From NCBI RefSeq assembly GCF_009914755.1, contig NC_060925.1: a DNA stretch of 64,000 nucleotides. One strand, given 5' to 3'. A program made the position numbers and the translations under genes. The notes below the pieces were generated by a model. The model worked only from the letters and a program-made list of their open reading frames with translations, did no database searches and was not told the origin of the DNA. Source of the stretch: the human T2T-CHM13v2.0 reference genome, Homo sapiens. Of this stretch, positions 17,540 to 30,787 are shown in pieces; within the stretch, counting starts at the first letter, position 1, and each line of letters starts with the position of its first letter.

Positions 17540-17760
17540 CAGTGTTCTTTCTGTGCCAGGCACTGTGCTAAAGGTTTTGCATGTGCTGACTCATTTACTT
17601 CCCATAACAACCCTATGAGATTGGTAATATTATTAGTCTTATTTCTTATAGATGACGAGACAGAGAGGTTAATCAACTTGTCCAAGGTACCACAGTTAGA
17701 TTATGGCAAAGCTGGATTTGAACCCAGACAGTGTAGTGCAGCTTCTGTGCTCTTAAGCTG
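17540..17760 (-). mobile_element. MIR (paralogue ~42775-43000)
   Basis: 'tgtgccaggcactgtgcta...aacaaccctatgag...acttgtccaaggtaccacag...ggatttgaacccag' MIR core. Confidence 0.8.
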
Positions 17761-19207
17761 TAGTTGTCTAGCAGCTTCTCTAGACCTCCCTCTAGCTCAA
17801 GTCATGCCATAAAAGCAACTGCATTTAGTCTACATAAAACACTTGCCAAGTCCACAGTGCCTTGGAGAAGGAGGGAGCTATGGCTTCATCAACAAAAGTC
17901 CCCTTTCTTGGTCCCTCTAGATCCCTGAAAACTCATTGGGGGAAGAGTCCTTTTCTCTCTGCTTTGGAGTTCTTCTGCTTTGACATAGCAATTCCTTTGA
18001 GCCAGTCTGTCTGAAGTTGGCAGCAAAGAAGAAGCAGAGGAAGGGAGTAGGAAGGGCAGAGGTGGAAAAACAACCAGAGAAAATTCCACTCTCAGGCTGT
18101 TAGCCACCTCCTCCCCAACAGCCTCTTTCCTACCTCCCCCCACTGCAGGACCTTCTTAGAGTTGCCTGACAAAGGGAAGGGTCTGGCAGTAGACAAAACA
18201 TGGCAGAGGCATCAGGAGAGCAAACGGTCCTGCTTGTACCCCAAGAAGGAATTTCTCCAGCCTTGAATTTTTCACTCTGAATTTTACTCTCACTGTTCTT
18301 TAGCCTTTGTTGCCAGTTTCAGTTAAACTGGCTTATTCTTACCCTTTCTCAGAAAAGCTGATTCTAAACAGCCAGTCCTGCACCTGGGGTACAGGGTACA
18401 AAAATGGCACGTGGGATGGGCAGGTTTGAGCCTTCACTAGAAGCCTGGCCTTAGATCTCTCCTTAACCTCTTAGCCTCAGTTTCCTCACCAATAAAGTGG
18501 GACTCAGAATACCTACCTCTTGAGATAGAGATACAAGGAAATAAGCAAGCTGTGAGCCGTATGCAAATTATAAAGCACAAATGAGAGTAGAGTATTTATC
18601 CGAGCTCCATGTAGCATGGTGCTCATTTTGTGGGTTAATTCCAGGTGATAACTTTACTGGCAGCATAACTACCTGTGGATTTCAGAGAAGCCTGAAGACA
18701 TTGATGTTGTAACCACTGCCCCTGGCTAGACAGTTGGAATGTCAGTTCATCAGTGGCTAACTCATTGTCAGCATCGCTGTCTGCTTTTGATGCTATTTTG
18801 ATAAGAGTTTTCAACGAAATTCATCATTTCAATGAAATTCATTCATTCATAATTCATCATTTCATCATTTTATGTACAATTCCTGAGTCATGGCTCCACT
18901 CTCCTCCCAGTTGCCCAAGCAGGAAACTGTAGGGGTGATTTTATCTTCTCCTTTTCCTCTCAGCCCAGCTCCAATAGGTACCAGGACCTTAAAGGTAAGG
19001 TCTGAAATTCAAACCTGGTGTATCTCTCCCCTCCTCTGCTTCCACTGTTTGACCCTGGTTCCAGTCCTCATCTAAATGTTGGCACAGACATTCCGATTAA
19101 TCTCTTGATCACCTGGCTTTCTCATATCCCCTATACCAGTCCGTTTTATATCCTCAAGCCAAGGTTAACTTCCTGCATCACAACTCTGCTTCTGTTTCCC
19201 TTTTACG

Positions 19208-19518
19208 GTTTTTTTTTTCTTTCTTTCTTTCTTTTTTTTCTTGAAACAGCGTTTTGCTCTGCTACCCAGGCTGGAGTGCAGAGACATAATCTTGGCTCAC
19301 TGCTACCTTCACCTCCTGGGCTCCATCCATCCTCCTGCCTCAGCCTCGCAAGTAGCTGAGACTATAGGCACTATAGCCTGGGTACTTTTTATATTTTTAG
19401 TAGAGACAGGGTTTCACCACGGTGTCCAGACTGGTTTCAACTTCCTGGGCTCAAGTGATCCACCCACCTCAACCTCCCGAAGTGCTGGCTGGAATTACAG
19501 GGGTGAGCCACCATGGCC
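19208..19518 (-). mobile_element. AluJ-like, shared by both units
   Basis: Diverged Alu with 'ctgggctcaagtgatcc'. Same position in unit 2 (44315-44618). Confidence 0.85.
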
Positions 19519-19975
19519 AGTCTGTTTTTGTACTTCTTTTAAACAAAAATAATAGGTTTTATTTGACATGATGTTAGAGACCCAAAATCATTATTCCTGG
19601 TTACATATAGAATTAAATTAAAATATTTTCCTCTTATACCCAACTCTCCACAATCACCCTACTCCCCTTAAGAAATTTGGTGAGATTCCCATGGCTCTAG
19701 CAATGCTTACATTCTAAGACACCTGACAACTCACTGTTCAGATTACTTTCCTGGAATGAGGTGAGGTACAAACAAATATTTGTTCTTTCCCAATCAACCA
19801 CAACACATGCTGATTTCTCTGTCTTTGTTTACTTGTTCCTTTTATGGAATGTACACCCTCCACTCTAACACCCCCACTCTAACATCCTTGAGCACTTATG
19901 AAACATCACCTTTATCAGAAAACTTCCTAGCCAGATCCAGAAATCATTGCAATGACCTGACCCATGTTCATGCAA

Positions 19976-20140
19976 AGCTCCAAAACAAGACCAAGCTAAC
20001 AGTGTTGGAAGGAGACATTCTGAATGAGTCATGCCTTAAAAGAGCCTGCCAGGACATCTTGGTCATCATCCACACTGCCTCTATCATTGACGTCTTCGGT
20101 GTCACTCACAGACAGTCTATCATGAAAGCCAATGTGAAAG
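19976..20140 (+). pseudogene. Copy 1 exon 3 remnant
   Basis: 165 nt, [56 protein letters not shown] donor intact; acceptor reads 'tgcaa'. Confidence 0.92.
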
Positions 20141-22114
20141 GTACAGTATCCTGGGGAGGAGATGGAGCAATGTGGGAAAATGAGAATCAGAAAGAAGGAC
20201 AGGATGGAAAGAGAAGTTTCTCCACTGAACACCTGCTGTACTCTGGGCCAAGTGTCTTTGCTGATCACTACCAACTAGGGAGTTCAAGACTGCTAACTTT
20301 AGTTTTTTAGATGATAAAACTAGGGCTAAGAGATGACAAGTAACTTGTCCTAGGTTCTCCAGGTAAGTAAGTAAGTAGGTGAGTTAGGCTTTAAATTCAC
20401 TCTTGTGTGACTCCAAAGGCTGTGGATGCTCTTTCTACTGTGGCTCCAATAAAAGATAAACTAAACTCCAACTTCAGACTCTTGATGTCAAGCCACCGCT
20501 TGCCTCCCAGCGCAAAAATCATACCTTCCAGATGTCACCATAGTCATCATTTTGAACCTTGTGTGCAGGCTGATGAGAACATTCAGAGCCCTCCTGTCCA
20601 CCTCAAAGAAGAAGTCCTCTTGAGAGAACTAGCAAAGCTGGTTCACAGAGGTCTGTCAGGACAGAATTATCCAGCACATGCCTTCCCACAATATTTTCTT
20701 AACCATAAGATTTTCCCTGTATCCAGAATACAATCTCTTCAGCTCACCACCGGGTCTACTATTACAGAGCCATTTCTTGCCAGGTGCCCAAAGTGCAGCC
20801 TCATTCGATCCTCATCCCTTAAATATTGGGTGGTTTTTGCAAATTGTGGCTTTCCAACCTACTTTAAATTCAGACACATTGGCTTAAAGAATCTTGTCAT
20901 GTAGTCTCACCCTCTGATTCCCAGATCCCAGTCTCTTCAGGACCATAGCACCCCACTGCTGGCCTGGCCCTCCACATTCAGTCTACTCTGATGCCTTTTC
21001 TAATGCAACTAATTGCTTTTGGGTCTCCAGCACCATCTAAAAGAAAAAAAAAAAAAAAAAAAAAAAACCTTGTCAGTTTCTACTTGCCCATAACCTGTAA
21101 GTACCCCTACAGTGCAAGGAGTATGCTAAGAAAACTAGTTTTTCATTTTAATTCTTATTCTCTACAGCTCCCAGCAACAGGGGATGTGAAATGACAGGGG
21201 AAGTGTTAGAGGCATCTGTTTCCTAAAACCATTATCACTGGCAGGCTTAGAGAATACTTCACAACGTTGGTCATTTACCCCTTGAAGGTAAACTAACTCC
21301 ATATTTTCTCTGCCACTAGACTAATTTTTGAAGATGATACTGTCTCTCCAGAAACTCAAATTGCACAGAGACTTTAAAAGGAGCCAACAGTACAAAAATA
21401 AGCAAATAAAAATGATCTTTTGCCCATGATTTTTCTTCCTGCTTCAAGGGAAGACGCTCTGGATACCTCCATGAGCTTTGCTTTCACACAGCTCAGGGGA
21501 GGCTGCAAGGTCCTCCCCATGCAGGTGTTACCAGCAGAGGGCACACTCCCTCCCCAGTCCTCCACCAGGTTCCACAGGAAACACCAGTGCAGGGTTTGGA
21601 ATACTAAGTAGAAGGAAGGTTTATTTATTACCACCACCCCCGCTTTACATAACTGGATAAACAGAGTCACAACCAGAATTGGAAGCAGCTTGCCTGGAGA
21701 ACACACAATCAGGAAAAGTGTGTGGGTATCCAGAATCTCCCCAAACATACTATTTGCTCAGTGACTTCAGGGATTTGGTTTTGCTAGTCAAAGTTTTATT
21801 AGTCTTCAATAAAATGAGAAAAAGTTTTATTAGTCCTCAACAAAATGAGAAAAATACCAGCAATTGCATGTATATATTTAAGAGCATATATTGCCTTAAT
21901 ATACAACTGTGAATGTGTGTGCGTGATGTGAATTCTTCCACTGCCCTTTTGTGCCTAAGGACTGGGACTGTCCATATTCTCAGAGTGTAGCTTCCTGATT
22001 TTTTAGATTTTAAATAATCTGTCTTTAATGGTATCAATGGAAAATCATAATTTTCCAATATTCTTACTTGCCAAAATATAAAGTGATAACCCTAGGTTCT
22101 TTTCCAAAATTAAA

Positions 22115-22150
22115 GTATACACGTACACACACACACACACACACACACAC
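22115..22150 (+). repeat. (TA)/(CA)n microsatellite in intron 3 (paralogue 48193-48225)
   Basis: 'gtatacacgtacacacacac...'. Probably positionally equivalent to the complex intron-3 dinucleotide repeat known in HSD3B2 (from recall). Confidence 0.85.
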
Positions 22151-22410
22151 GTCCACAAAACCCAAAAGTCTAGAAATTCTTCCTCTCTAGAGCCCAAATG
22201 TTCATTTATTTTTATTTTTATGTTTTTCCTATGGCTGCAGCATGGCCCAATCTCTGTCAGAGCCACAGAAGAATACAACACTCAGTTGTAACCCAAGTGT
22301 GTTACAACCACTGCACTTGGGAGTGGGGAGTGGGGCACATGGATCTGTGCACGTGGTTGCGGCCCCATAGGGATATTTCCTGACACTGACAGCATACTCT
22401 TCGTGGGCAG

Positions 22411-23430
22411 GTACCCAACTTCTGTTGGGAACCTGTGTCCAAGCTAGTATGCCAGGCTTCATCCACACCAGCATCATAGAAGTATCCAGGCCCAACTCCT
22501 GCAATGAGATCATCCAGAATGGCCACGAATAAGAGCCTTTGGAAAACATATGGCCTGCTCCATACCCATAGAGCAAAAAGCTTGCTGAGGAGGCCGTGCT
22601 GGCAGCTAATGGGTGAACACTGAAAAATAGCGTATCTTGTACATTTGTGCCTTAAGACTCATGTATATCTATGAGGAAGGAAGCCCTATACTTTCTGCCA
22701 CTACAAATGAGGCCCCATTACAATGGGATCCTGTCAAGTGTCAGCAAGTTATCCACATCAACACAGTCTATGTTGGCAATGTGGCCTGGGCCCACATTCT
22801 GGTCTTGTGGTCCCTGCAGGACCCCAAGAAGGCCCTAAGCATCCGAGGACAGTTCTACTATATCTCAGATGACATGTCTTACCAAAGCTATGACTACCTT
22901 AGTTACACCCTGAACAAAGAATTTGGCCTCTGCCTTGATTCCAGATGGAGCCTTCCTCTAGCCCTGATATGCTGGATTGGCTTCCTGCTGGAAATAGTGA
23001 GATTCCTGCTCAGGCCAATTTATACCTGTCAACTCCCCTTCAATCGCTACAGGAGATATCATCAAGCTTCATCCTCCTGGCTTCATACAGAAGGTGACAA
23101 GGGCACAAGCCCAGATCCTGCTGCCTCCCTTTCACACAATGGCCAACTTATTGTCTTCCTCGTGTCATCAAAACCTGTGCAGTCACTGGCCCAACCAGAA
23201 GCTTTCTGTGCTAACCATATACCAAAGGACAGACAATGTGATTTGCCGTTACCAAATATCAGTGGCTAATTCTGAACAATTTGGGATCTCTTTTAACTTG
23301 AGGGTCTCTTTTGACTACTAGAGCTCCATTTCCCCTCTTAAATGAGAAAGTATTTCTTTTTTTTTTTAATCTCCTATTTCTTCACACAGTTCAATGAAAA
23401 GAGCAATAAATGCTTTAATGCTTAACTGGA
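22411..23430 (+). pseudogene. Copy 1 exon 4 remnant plus 3'UTR
   Basis: 'gggcag|gtacccaac' acceptor. YP*SK replaces the YxxxK motif. [12 protein letters not shown] and GQFYYISDD are recognisable. Confidence 0.92.
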
Positions 23431-26400
23431 GGGAGGTGTGGTTTCTATTAATACATACTTTCCTCCTTTCCCTTCATTTCAAGGTATCACCGTCTCCAAT
23501 TTAGAAGAGTACCATGAAACCAGGGTTTGAGGGGTGGGCAGAGTAGTGGGAGGGTCAGGAAGGGCGGATGAAGACTGAATAAGCTCTAGTATGTTTCGGG
23601 CAACTACAACATGACCTACATATGACATATATTACCTTATTTAATACTCATCAGAAACCTCTGATGTGAGATGACTATTTCCATTTTATCAGGGGGGAAA
23701 CTTGTTCACGGTCATACCAACTGATTAGTGACTAGACCTGCTACCAGGGAGTCAGCCTTGAAAGTCCTTATCTTTCCACTGAAACACTCAGCCTGAATTT
23801 GTCTTGTCAGTGGTACAGCAGAGCACTGGAGCATGGGGTGCCATTCCTTGAGAGAGCCCCAACTCCCATGGGTTACCTCCTTCTTGCCCAATTCCATGCA
23901 GGAAACTCTCTAGAACCCAAGAGAATCCCTGAGGGCACCTGAAAAGGTTTGCATGCCTTACCAAACCGCCCTGAGCAGGGGAGAGAGAAGGAAAAATGCA
24001 TTTAGCCTCCACCAGCTTCAGTGTCAATTTCCTTGAAGGTCTGTAGAACACACCTCCCATGGCTATATGTGTGCTGGTCATTCTGGTTATTCATAACCCT
24101 GCATTTCAACCTTTCAAATCACACAATGAAGCCATACCATAGGTTCCTGGGCAAGTAAAGAGAACAAGGGTGAGCTTCCCAGAAAATTTATCTCCTACTC
24201 AGCTCAAAAAGTAGAAGTCTACTATCCCACATCCCCAGATATAACTGCCTCTCCCTCCTTTTTTATCCATCTTTCCATTAAATCATATCCTTTCTTCCTT
24301 TATTCTTCCAACTCCTTAGCTTCTCCTTCCCTACATCTCCCCTTTTATCACTGGCCCTCGCATTCTTCTCAATTTCCCTGAGGAGAGGAGGCCAATAAAG
24401 ACAAGTTTGGGGACTTCAGTGATGACATAGTCATTAATCAACCAAAGAAGCAACGGTCAAAAGAAACACTTTCAGGGGCATTAGGGACAGAGTTGAACTG
24501 AAGCGGGTGAGGAGGTTGCTGTGGGTCCAGAGTGTGGGAAGGGAAGCTGTCTCCCTCTGGACCTGGGTATATCACAGCCATGATGAGGGTCACACTCAAC
24601 ATCAAGATGGCTTCTTTCTTACACAGAAAATTTACAGATGATTAACCTCAAAGCACCAAGGGACAGGTGATCAGCACCAGCATCAGGGTGGAATGGCCCT
24701 AGGCAGTGGGGTAAAGTGAAAAATGGAACACCCCTCTTGCCCCATCCACTGAACAAAATGCAAGAGCCAGCACCTCTCCAGCTCTTGTAAGGCATGCCCA
24801 CCATCCATATGTTTATGACAAATAGCATGGGAAGGATAGGAGGGTGGTGGAATCTGGGACAAGAGCCTTTCCCCCTGGTTTTTCAGCCTAGTGAAACCCC
24901 ACTCCTATTGACCAATGAGGGCAATGTTCACAGAGAAGTGATGGGAAAGATTATACCTCCAATGGGCAGTGAGGGGTGATCACAGAAAGAGAGGAAGAAA
25001 TTGGATGGGCCAGCAGTCTCAACTGGACAAGCACAAAGGCCTCGGAGTGTTGTGGCCAACAAAATGTGCCATCCCTTCTTACAACTGTGGGTGCCAGGCA
25101 GGCAGAGCTCCTGCACCAAGCAAGCCTCGCTGAACCTCACGCCATGCACCACACGGAGGCAGCAAGTCTCGGAGGGAAGAGCAAGGAAGCCTGACCCAGT
25201 GGGGATTTTTGGGTCCCTTTCCTCCATCTAGGTGGCTCTGCAGGGTACCTGGCAAGGGAATGAATGAAAACACAGGTAAGTTCTCAGCCACCGGCTTAAG
25301 GGCTAGGTGTATATGAATACAGACAATGGAGCTGAGCTGGTCACTGGGAAAAGCCACAGGAACCAGCGGGACTTAAATGAGGCCTTGAATTCCTGGGTCC
25401 AGACAGGGGGCACAGCATGGGCAGTGGTGCAGAGGAAGACGAGGGGCATAAGGAGGCCTCCCGTCTGCTGGGAAGCATGTATGGAGGGCAGATGAGGAGC
25501 TCAGGTACTTGACAAAAGTTTCCACCACCTGAGAGCCAGGCTCTGAGGGCCAGGATGGGGCTGGGAACCCGTGATGGCCTGCTGAGAACTGGCAGGAAAG
25601 TAGCCAGAGGCCAACTTTTATGTGAAATCTCTTGATTTCTAAATATTAGCAACTAACTCTAAATTTTAAAAAACAGCTCAAAGACCTGCTCCAAGAGAGG
25701 AATGCGTGGGCTAGTATTCAAAATGTATGTGTAATATTTTATTTCTTAAAAAGTAGGTGGTGAGATGTCAGCAGCAAATCTGTTCATTCTTGGTGAAAAG
25801 TCCCAAATATACATTATTATATCGTATTGTCACCTTTTCTGTATATTTAACATAGGTTATAATTTTTTAATAAATTAAATTTGGTGGGGAAAAAACATGC
25901 AAACTAACAAAACACATTCACAGGCTGGACCCAGGATTAAGAGCTCTGATTTTCCATTTCTGCTCCCAATCTAGTGGTCCAGTGGGGGAGATAAAATACA
26001 AGACATGTTAGGTGCTGTGCATAGTAAATATGCAGAGTGCCATAGAAAGGAAAATGCTTCTGAAGGATCCATTCCCACAGGGGACTCATGGGGTCCTTGC
26101 ATTTTGGCTGGATATCAAAAGATGGGTAGGATTTCAACAGACAGGAATGTGAGTGAAATTATTCCAGGCAGAGGCAATGCAGTCTGCAAAGACCCAGGTG
26201 AGAAAGGGGTCCATTTTAAGCAGCAATGAGACCAGACCAGAAAGCCCAAGGCCAGGGGAGACATGGAAGATACACCTGAAAAAAATGATGGGCACAGGCA
26301 GGATCACCTGGGGTCATCCCTGGAGACACCGTGCCTGCTTCCTTCATTGCCCTCAGAGTAGGAATTCTGTGCCCCACACCCCCTTAAAGAAGACTTGACA

Positions 26401-26799
26401 TTCAATTACTTCACATATAACATGGCTCATCTTCTCTCAAAAATTGGACTCTACAGGAAACGAATGTCTCCTTTAGCAATGAATATTGATGGTGATGCTA
26501 AAAGCTGGGACATCATTCACTCTGCAATGGGCATTGTTCAGCTGTCCCTGGAAGATTACCTTGGCAGCATGTTGTAGGATGGACTGAAAGAGATGAAGAG
26601 GATACTTGAAGAATTTAGGTAAGAAATGAAGGCCTGATTTATGTGTTGGTAACAAAACAGACTACAGGGGCAACTGCGGCAGGCCTGAGACAGAATGGCC
26701 GCTAGTTTAGACAGGACTGGGTGTGGGCACAGAATTCCCAAGCACACACTTTCTCAAGCCAGAAACCTGGATGGCAGCCCCCCACTCCGCCCACCTATC

Positions 26800-27482
26800 A
26801 TTCAGTGCTACGAACTTTACCTCCACAACACCTCTTGAATATGTCGTCTTCCTCCCTGGTAACATCATTCCTACTCGTACCCCCAACAGGCCTCCTTGTC
26901 TTGGAGAATCACCCATGAAACCTATCCTCAGCAGTGTTGCCAGAGTTCTCTCCAAACTAGTCTCACCATGTCACTCCCTTCCTTAAAACCAACCAATAGG
27001 GGGAGCCCCAGGACTGTCAGGACGAGCCTGAGAGCCTTAGCAGAACATAGAGGGCCTCTGAAGCCCTGGGCCCTGCCTGACACTCCAGACTAATTCTCAC
27101 CAATCCCTGCCCTGTCCCCAGATTCTCCTACTTTGTGCCTCAACAATTTTCCAAACTCAGCGCTTCCTGCATGCAGCATGCTTTTATATCCACCCAGGCC
27201 GGTGCATGGTGTTCCTTCCGCTTAAAGGGTGCCCAGCTCTCCTGCCAGCACATCCTTCCCAGCTCCTTATTTACTATCCAATATGTCTCATTTTACAGCC
27301 TCTGTGTCTTGTGCATATCGAGTTGCACTCTCACTGATTTTTCATTTATATATCCTGTTCCGCACCCCTACACTGCCGTGTCTTGAGGACAGTAACTCAC
27401 CATGTCATCTCTCTGTCCCCAGTGACTGACACAAAATAGACACATGGGCTGATGGAGGGATGGATGGATGGAAGGATGAAAC
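26800..27482 (+). mobile_element. L2 3' part (paralogue ~60000-60690)
   Basis: Pyrimidine-rich L2 3' region ending in a 'ggatggatggatggaaggatgaa' tail. Boundaries approximate. Confidence 0.55.
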
Positions 27483-28716
27483 ACAAGTAAACTCATCTGT
27501 TAGAATGGAGAGAGGAAGGGATAGACAGTCAGGGAGCAGAATGCTTTGAATGACAAAGTAAGAAAGAATTCACAGATGACTTTTCAAGGTGTCCATGAAC
27601 CTGAAGAAGCTAGATCATCATAAAGAGATCCAGGAGAAAGAGAAGGCGCACGGAGTGTATGGAGCTGAGAATGAACTCATTTGTGTGATATGAAGAGTGA
27701 GTGGGGTTGTGAGAGGCCTACAAGCAGGGAAATGGAAAGGCTGATGAAAGTGAAGCCCAGCTGCCAAGGTTATAAAGGGACTGGGAATTAAATCCAAAAC
27801 CTGAAATAGCACAAGGCCCAGAGCATTTTTATACTATAAGAAAAAGAAAATTTGTTTTAAAAATTAAATTCAGAAGAGAATCTCACACTCTTAGGCAACT
27901 CAAGTGAGGATCACTCAACATCTCTGGCTACATGTTCTTCTTGAGACATCAAGAGACTCTGGTGGCAATTTGGAGGGATTTTTTTTCCTTTTTTTTTTTT
28001 TTTTTTTAATCATGGACCAAGATGCCACCCAAGTCTAATGAGCAGGGAATGGAGTCGGTGATCTGAGGCATGAAATAGGTTCATTATGAGGAAGTGAAGG
28101 GGGAAGGCTAGATGAACAGAAGAAAGTGGCTTGGCCACTCTGTCCCCAAAAGCAGGGGGCACTGGGGTCAGTTGCAGACTCCAAAACAGTCAGTAATCTG
28201 TTCTGGAAACCTGAAGCTCCCTATTGAACAGCGGACTCTTTCCTCAAGAAATGGAAGAACCAGCACTAGCAAAGTCAGCCATTCTTCCTAAACAGATACT
28301 GGTGACAGAGGTGTGGGCATGAGGTGGGCTGTGGGACTATTGTCATCCTAGCATGAACCCTGGCCACTGAGGTAGGAATACCCTTCTCATGAGCCCAGAC
28401 CTAACTCCTTCCTGCATCAGCTGGAGTCTGTCAAATCCCTGGTGTAGCCCTGAGCAGAGCAGTTCCATGGGCACATGGCCTGTGCCATCACCCAGGCCCT
28501 GTGCTTGGCTTAAGGGGCTGCCATGGGACCCCACATTTCATTTTGCACTGATCCCTGTAAAATATGCAGGCAGTCTTGATTATGAGAACTTCTTTCAGCA
28601 GCAGGCAAAACACCTGTTGCCTGACCTATGGTGGGTAAATGGAAAAGGCTCCCTGGTTCTTCCAGGGCAGATCAATGTCCTTGTGGAGTTCAGATTTTAG
28701 AGCTAAAGAAAGCTTC

Positions 28717-28822
28717 CTCAGGCATGGAGGGGCACACCTATAGCCCCAGCTACTAGGAGACTGAGGCAGGAGGATCACTTGAATCCAGGAGTTCAAGGCC
28801 AGACAAGACCTCATCTCTAAAA
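28717..28822 (+). mobile_element. Alu monomer (FLAM-like), shared (paralogue ~61910-62013)
   Basis: 'ccccagctactaggagactgaggcaggaggatcacttgaatccaggagttcaagg'. Confidence 0.75.
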
Positions 28823-30502
28823 TTTTTATTAAATTGAAGTTAAAGAAGGATCTAGAGACCTTTACTCCAGCTTTTAACTGTGGGCTCCTTTCCTTATTTC
28901 ATTTTACCAATGAGGAAACTGAGGCCTGGGAAGCAAGATGACTTTCCCAATGTTCACCTAGACCACCATCTGTAATAGTGACCTAGGATTTGCTACCTTT
29001 AAGATGAAAAGGGGGGTGAAGGCATAGAACTAGAAGGTTGCCCTACCAACATATTTATGAAGGGATTTAAAAAAACTGGGATGGGAGACATTTGAAAGAG
29101 GGCAGAGGGCAGGTTTAACCAGAAGTCAGCTAGCTAAGCCATTTGTCTGGCCCATACAGCCCAACCTCCCATGGGAACAACAGCTTGAGGAACGTGGGTG
29201 CTCCACGAACGGAGACAGGCAGATGTTTCATGATACAGAAATAAAAGTAGCTGGCTGTGAGAGGGACTAAGGAAAGGGGGAGAGGAGGGCAAAAAGAAAC
29301 AAGTATTCTTTCATTTTAGAAACAGAATATTTCTACAAATGAGAGTGAGGGGTGCAAATCTTGAGTTCTCATTTCAATTTTGCCATCGAAGTTAAGCAAA
29401 TCTCTTCACCTTCCTGGGTCTGTTTACCTTCCTGAGAAATGAAGGTTATGGCTCATTTCTAAGGTCTGTTGCCAGTGACATTGGGCTGTAAAAAAGTAAG
29501 TTGATTTGCATCCTCTGGCACCTGCACACTTCTGCAGCTAAACTTCATAATAACACAAGCCTCCATGTGCTTATTTGTTTGCGTGAAGCTGAAGGCGCTT
29601 GAGAAAGTGGTTTCCCAGCACTTCCCTGGCTCTAGTGGCACCTGGCACCTCACTGGGAAAGGGGCATCATACCTCTCATAGGGTTGTCAAGGATCAAGAA
29701 GTGGGGCCAAAAAGTGTGGCCGATGCCCTCCCTCCCTGATATCTGCTGACCACTGAACTGCAAAACTTAGTGATGACTTAAATAAGGACTTTTGTCTTTA
29801 CATTAAAATGTGGATGTTTCCCAAGTAGGTTTTAAAATTCTTAGAAAATCACTAGACACAAAAGTGGGCAGAGCCAATAGAGATAGTGCCTACTGAAGAG
29901 GAATCAGAAACCCAGAAAAGTCATGCCTTGCTCAAGTCCACTGCCAGTTAATGCCAAAGCTCTGCCCTGCACACTCCACGCACAGCACACCCTCAAAGGA
30001 GAGGCAGAACTAGTTCCTTCTTTCTTCCTGTTCTCAGGAAAGGGAGGCCATGCCTTCTCACTTCCTCATCACCCTGCCCCAGGAGCTGGAAATCCCAGAG
30101 GACACAGGCCACATGCACAGCAACTGCCTCTCTCCTCCTTCTAGGCTCCCAGGAGCTATGACACAAGACTTTAGGACACCCCTCAGCAGCCCCTTCTCTG
30201 CAGCACTGAGCACAACCACCTGGTAACCACCTTGCTTCCTAACATTCACACAAGCCCCTGAATCTTACAAGAGCCTTCGTGTTTGTCATTTGGTTTGATT
30301 TCCCCACACCTCATACCTGCATCTTTCCACTGCACAGATGAGAGCAAGATCAAGAATACCTATAGGGCTTGGTCTAGGCTGCAGCAACACTCAGCAGTGG
30401 CTGTGTCAGTCCAGTGAATCTCAGGCTATGAAGTCATGTCTGTGATTTCTACCAACTCTATTAACTTCAACACAGAAATCGGCAGAGCTACTTCAGGTGA
30501 AA

Positions 30503-30787
30503 CCTTGAGGTGACCCTCATTTCAGACATTAGCTAATGCTGCCCTTGACAAGAGGCCTGTCTAGCCAGATCCTTTTCCAGCCCCTTGACAAAGTGAATTA
30601 GCTTTTCCAAGGTTACACACTGTTCCTTCCCTCACCCAACAAAGCCAGGTACAGTGGACATTGCCTAATTTGCAGCAGTGGTGGGAACCCTGACTTATAG
30701 TTGCAAAGTCCTTGGCAGAGAATCTGCTTAACACTGAGCCTTTGTTGAATGTACCGTCTTGCCCTAGCATAACATGTGAAGCCTTGA
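30503..30787. promoter_or_regulatory. Candidate NR5A (SF-1/LRH-1) motif cluster, unit 1
   Basis: Six YCAAGG cores (either strand) at 30503, 30543, 30583, 30607, 30710 and 30782. Function is inferred, not shown. Confidence 0.4.

Noticed and set aside
18810-18875. Short TTCATCAT/AATTCA repeats as a spacer array
   Set aside because: Local slippage expansion absent from unit 2, with no regular repeat-spacer structure.
22637-23269. 210-aa ORF as a novel protein
   Set aside because: By-product of compensating indels and a deletion in a pseudo-exon with three upstream stops.
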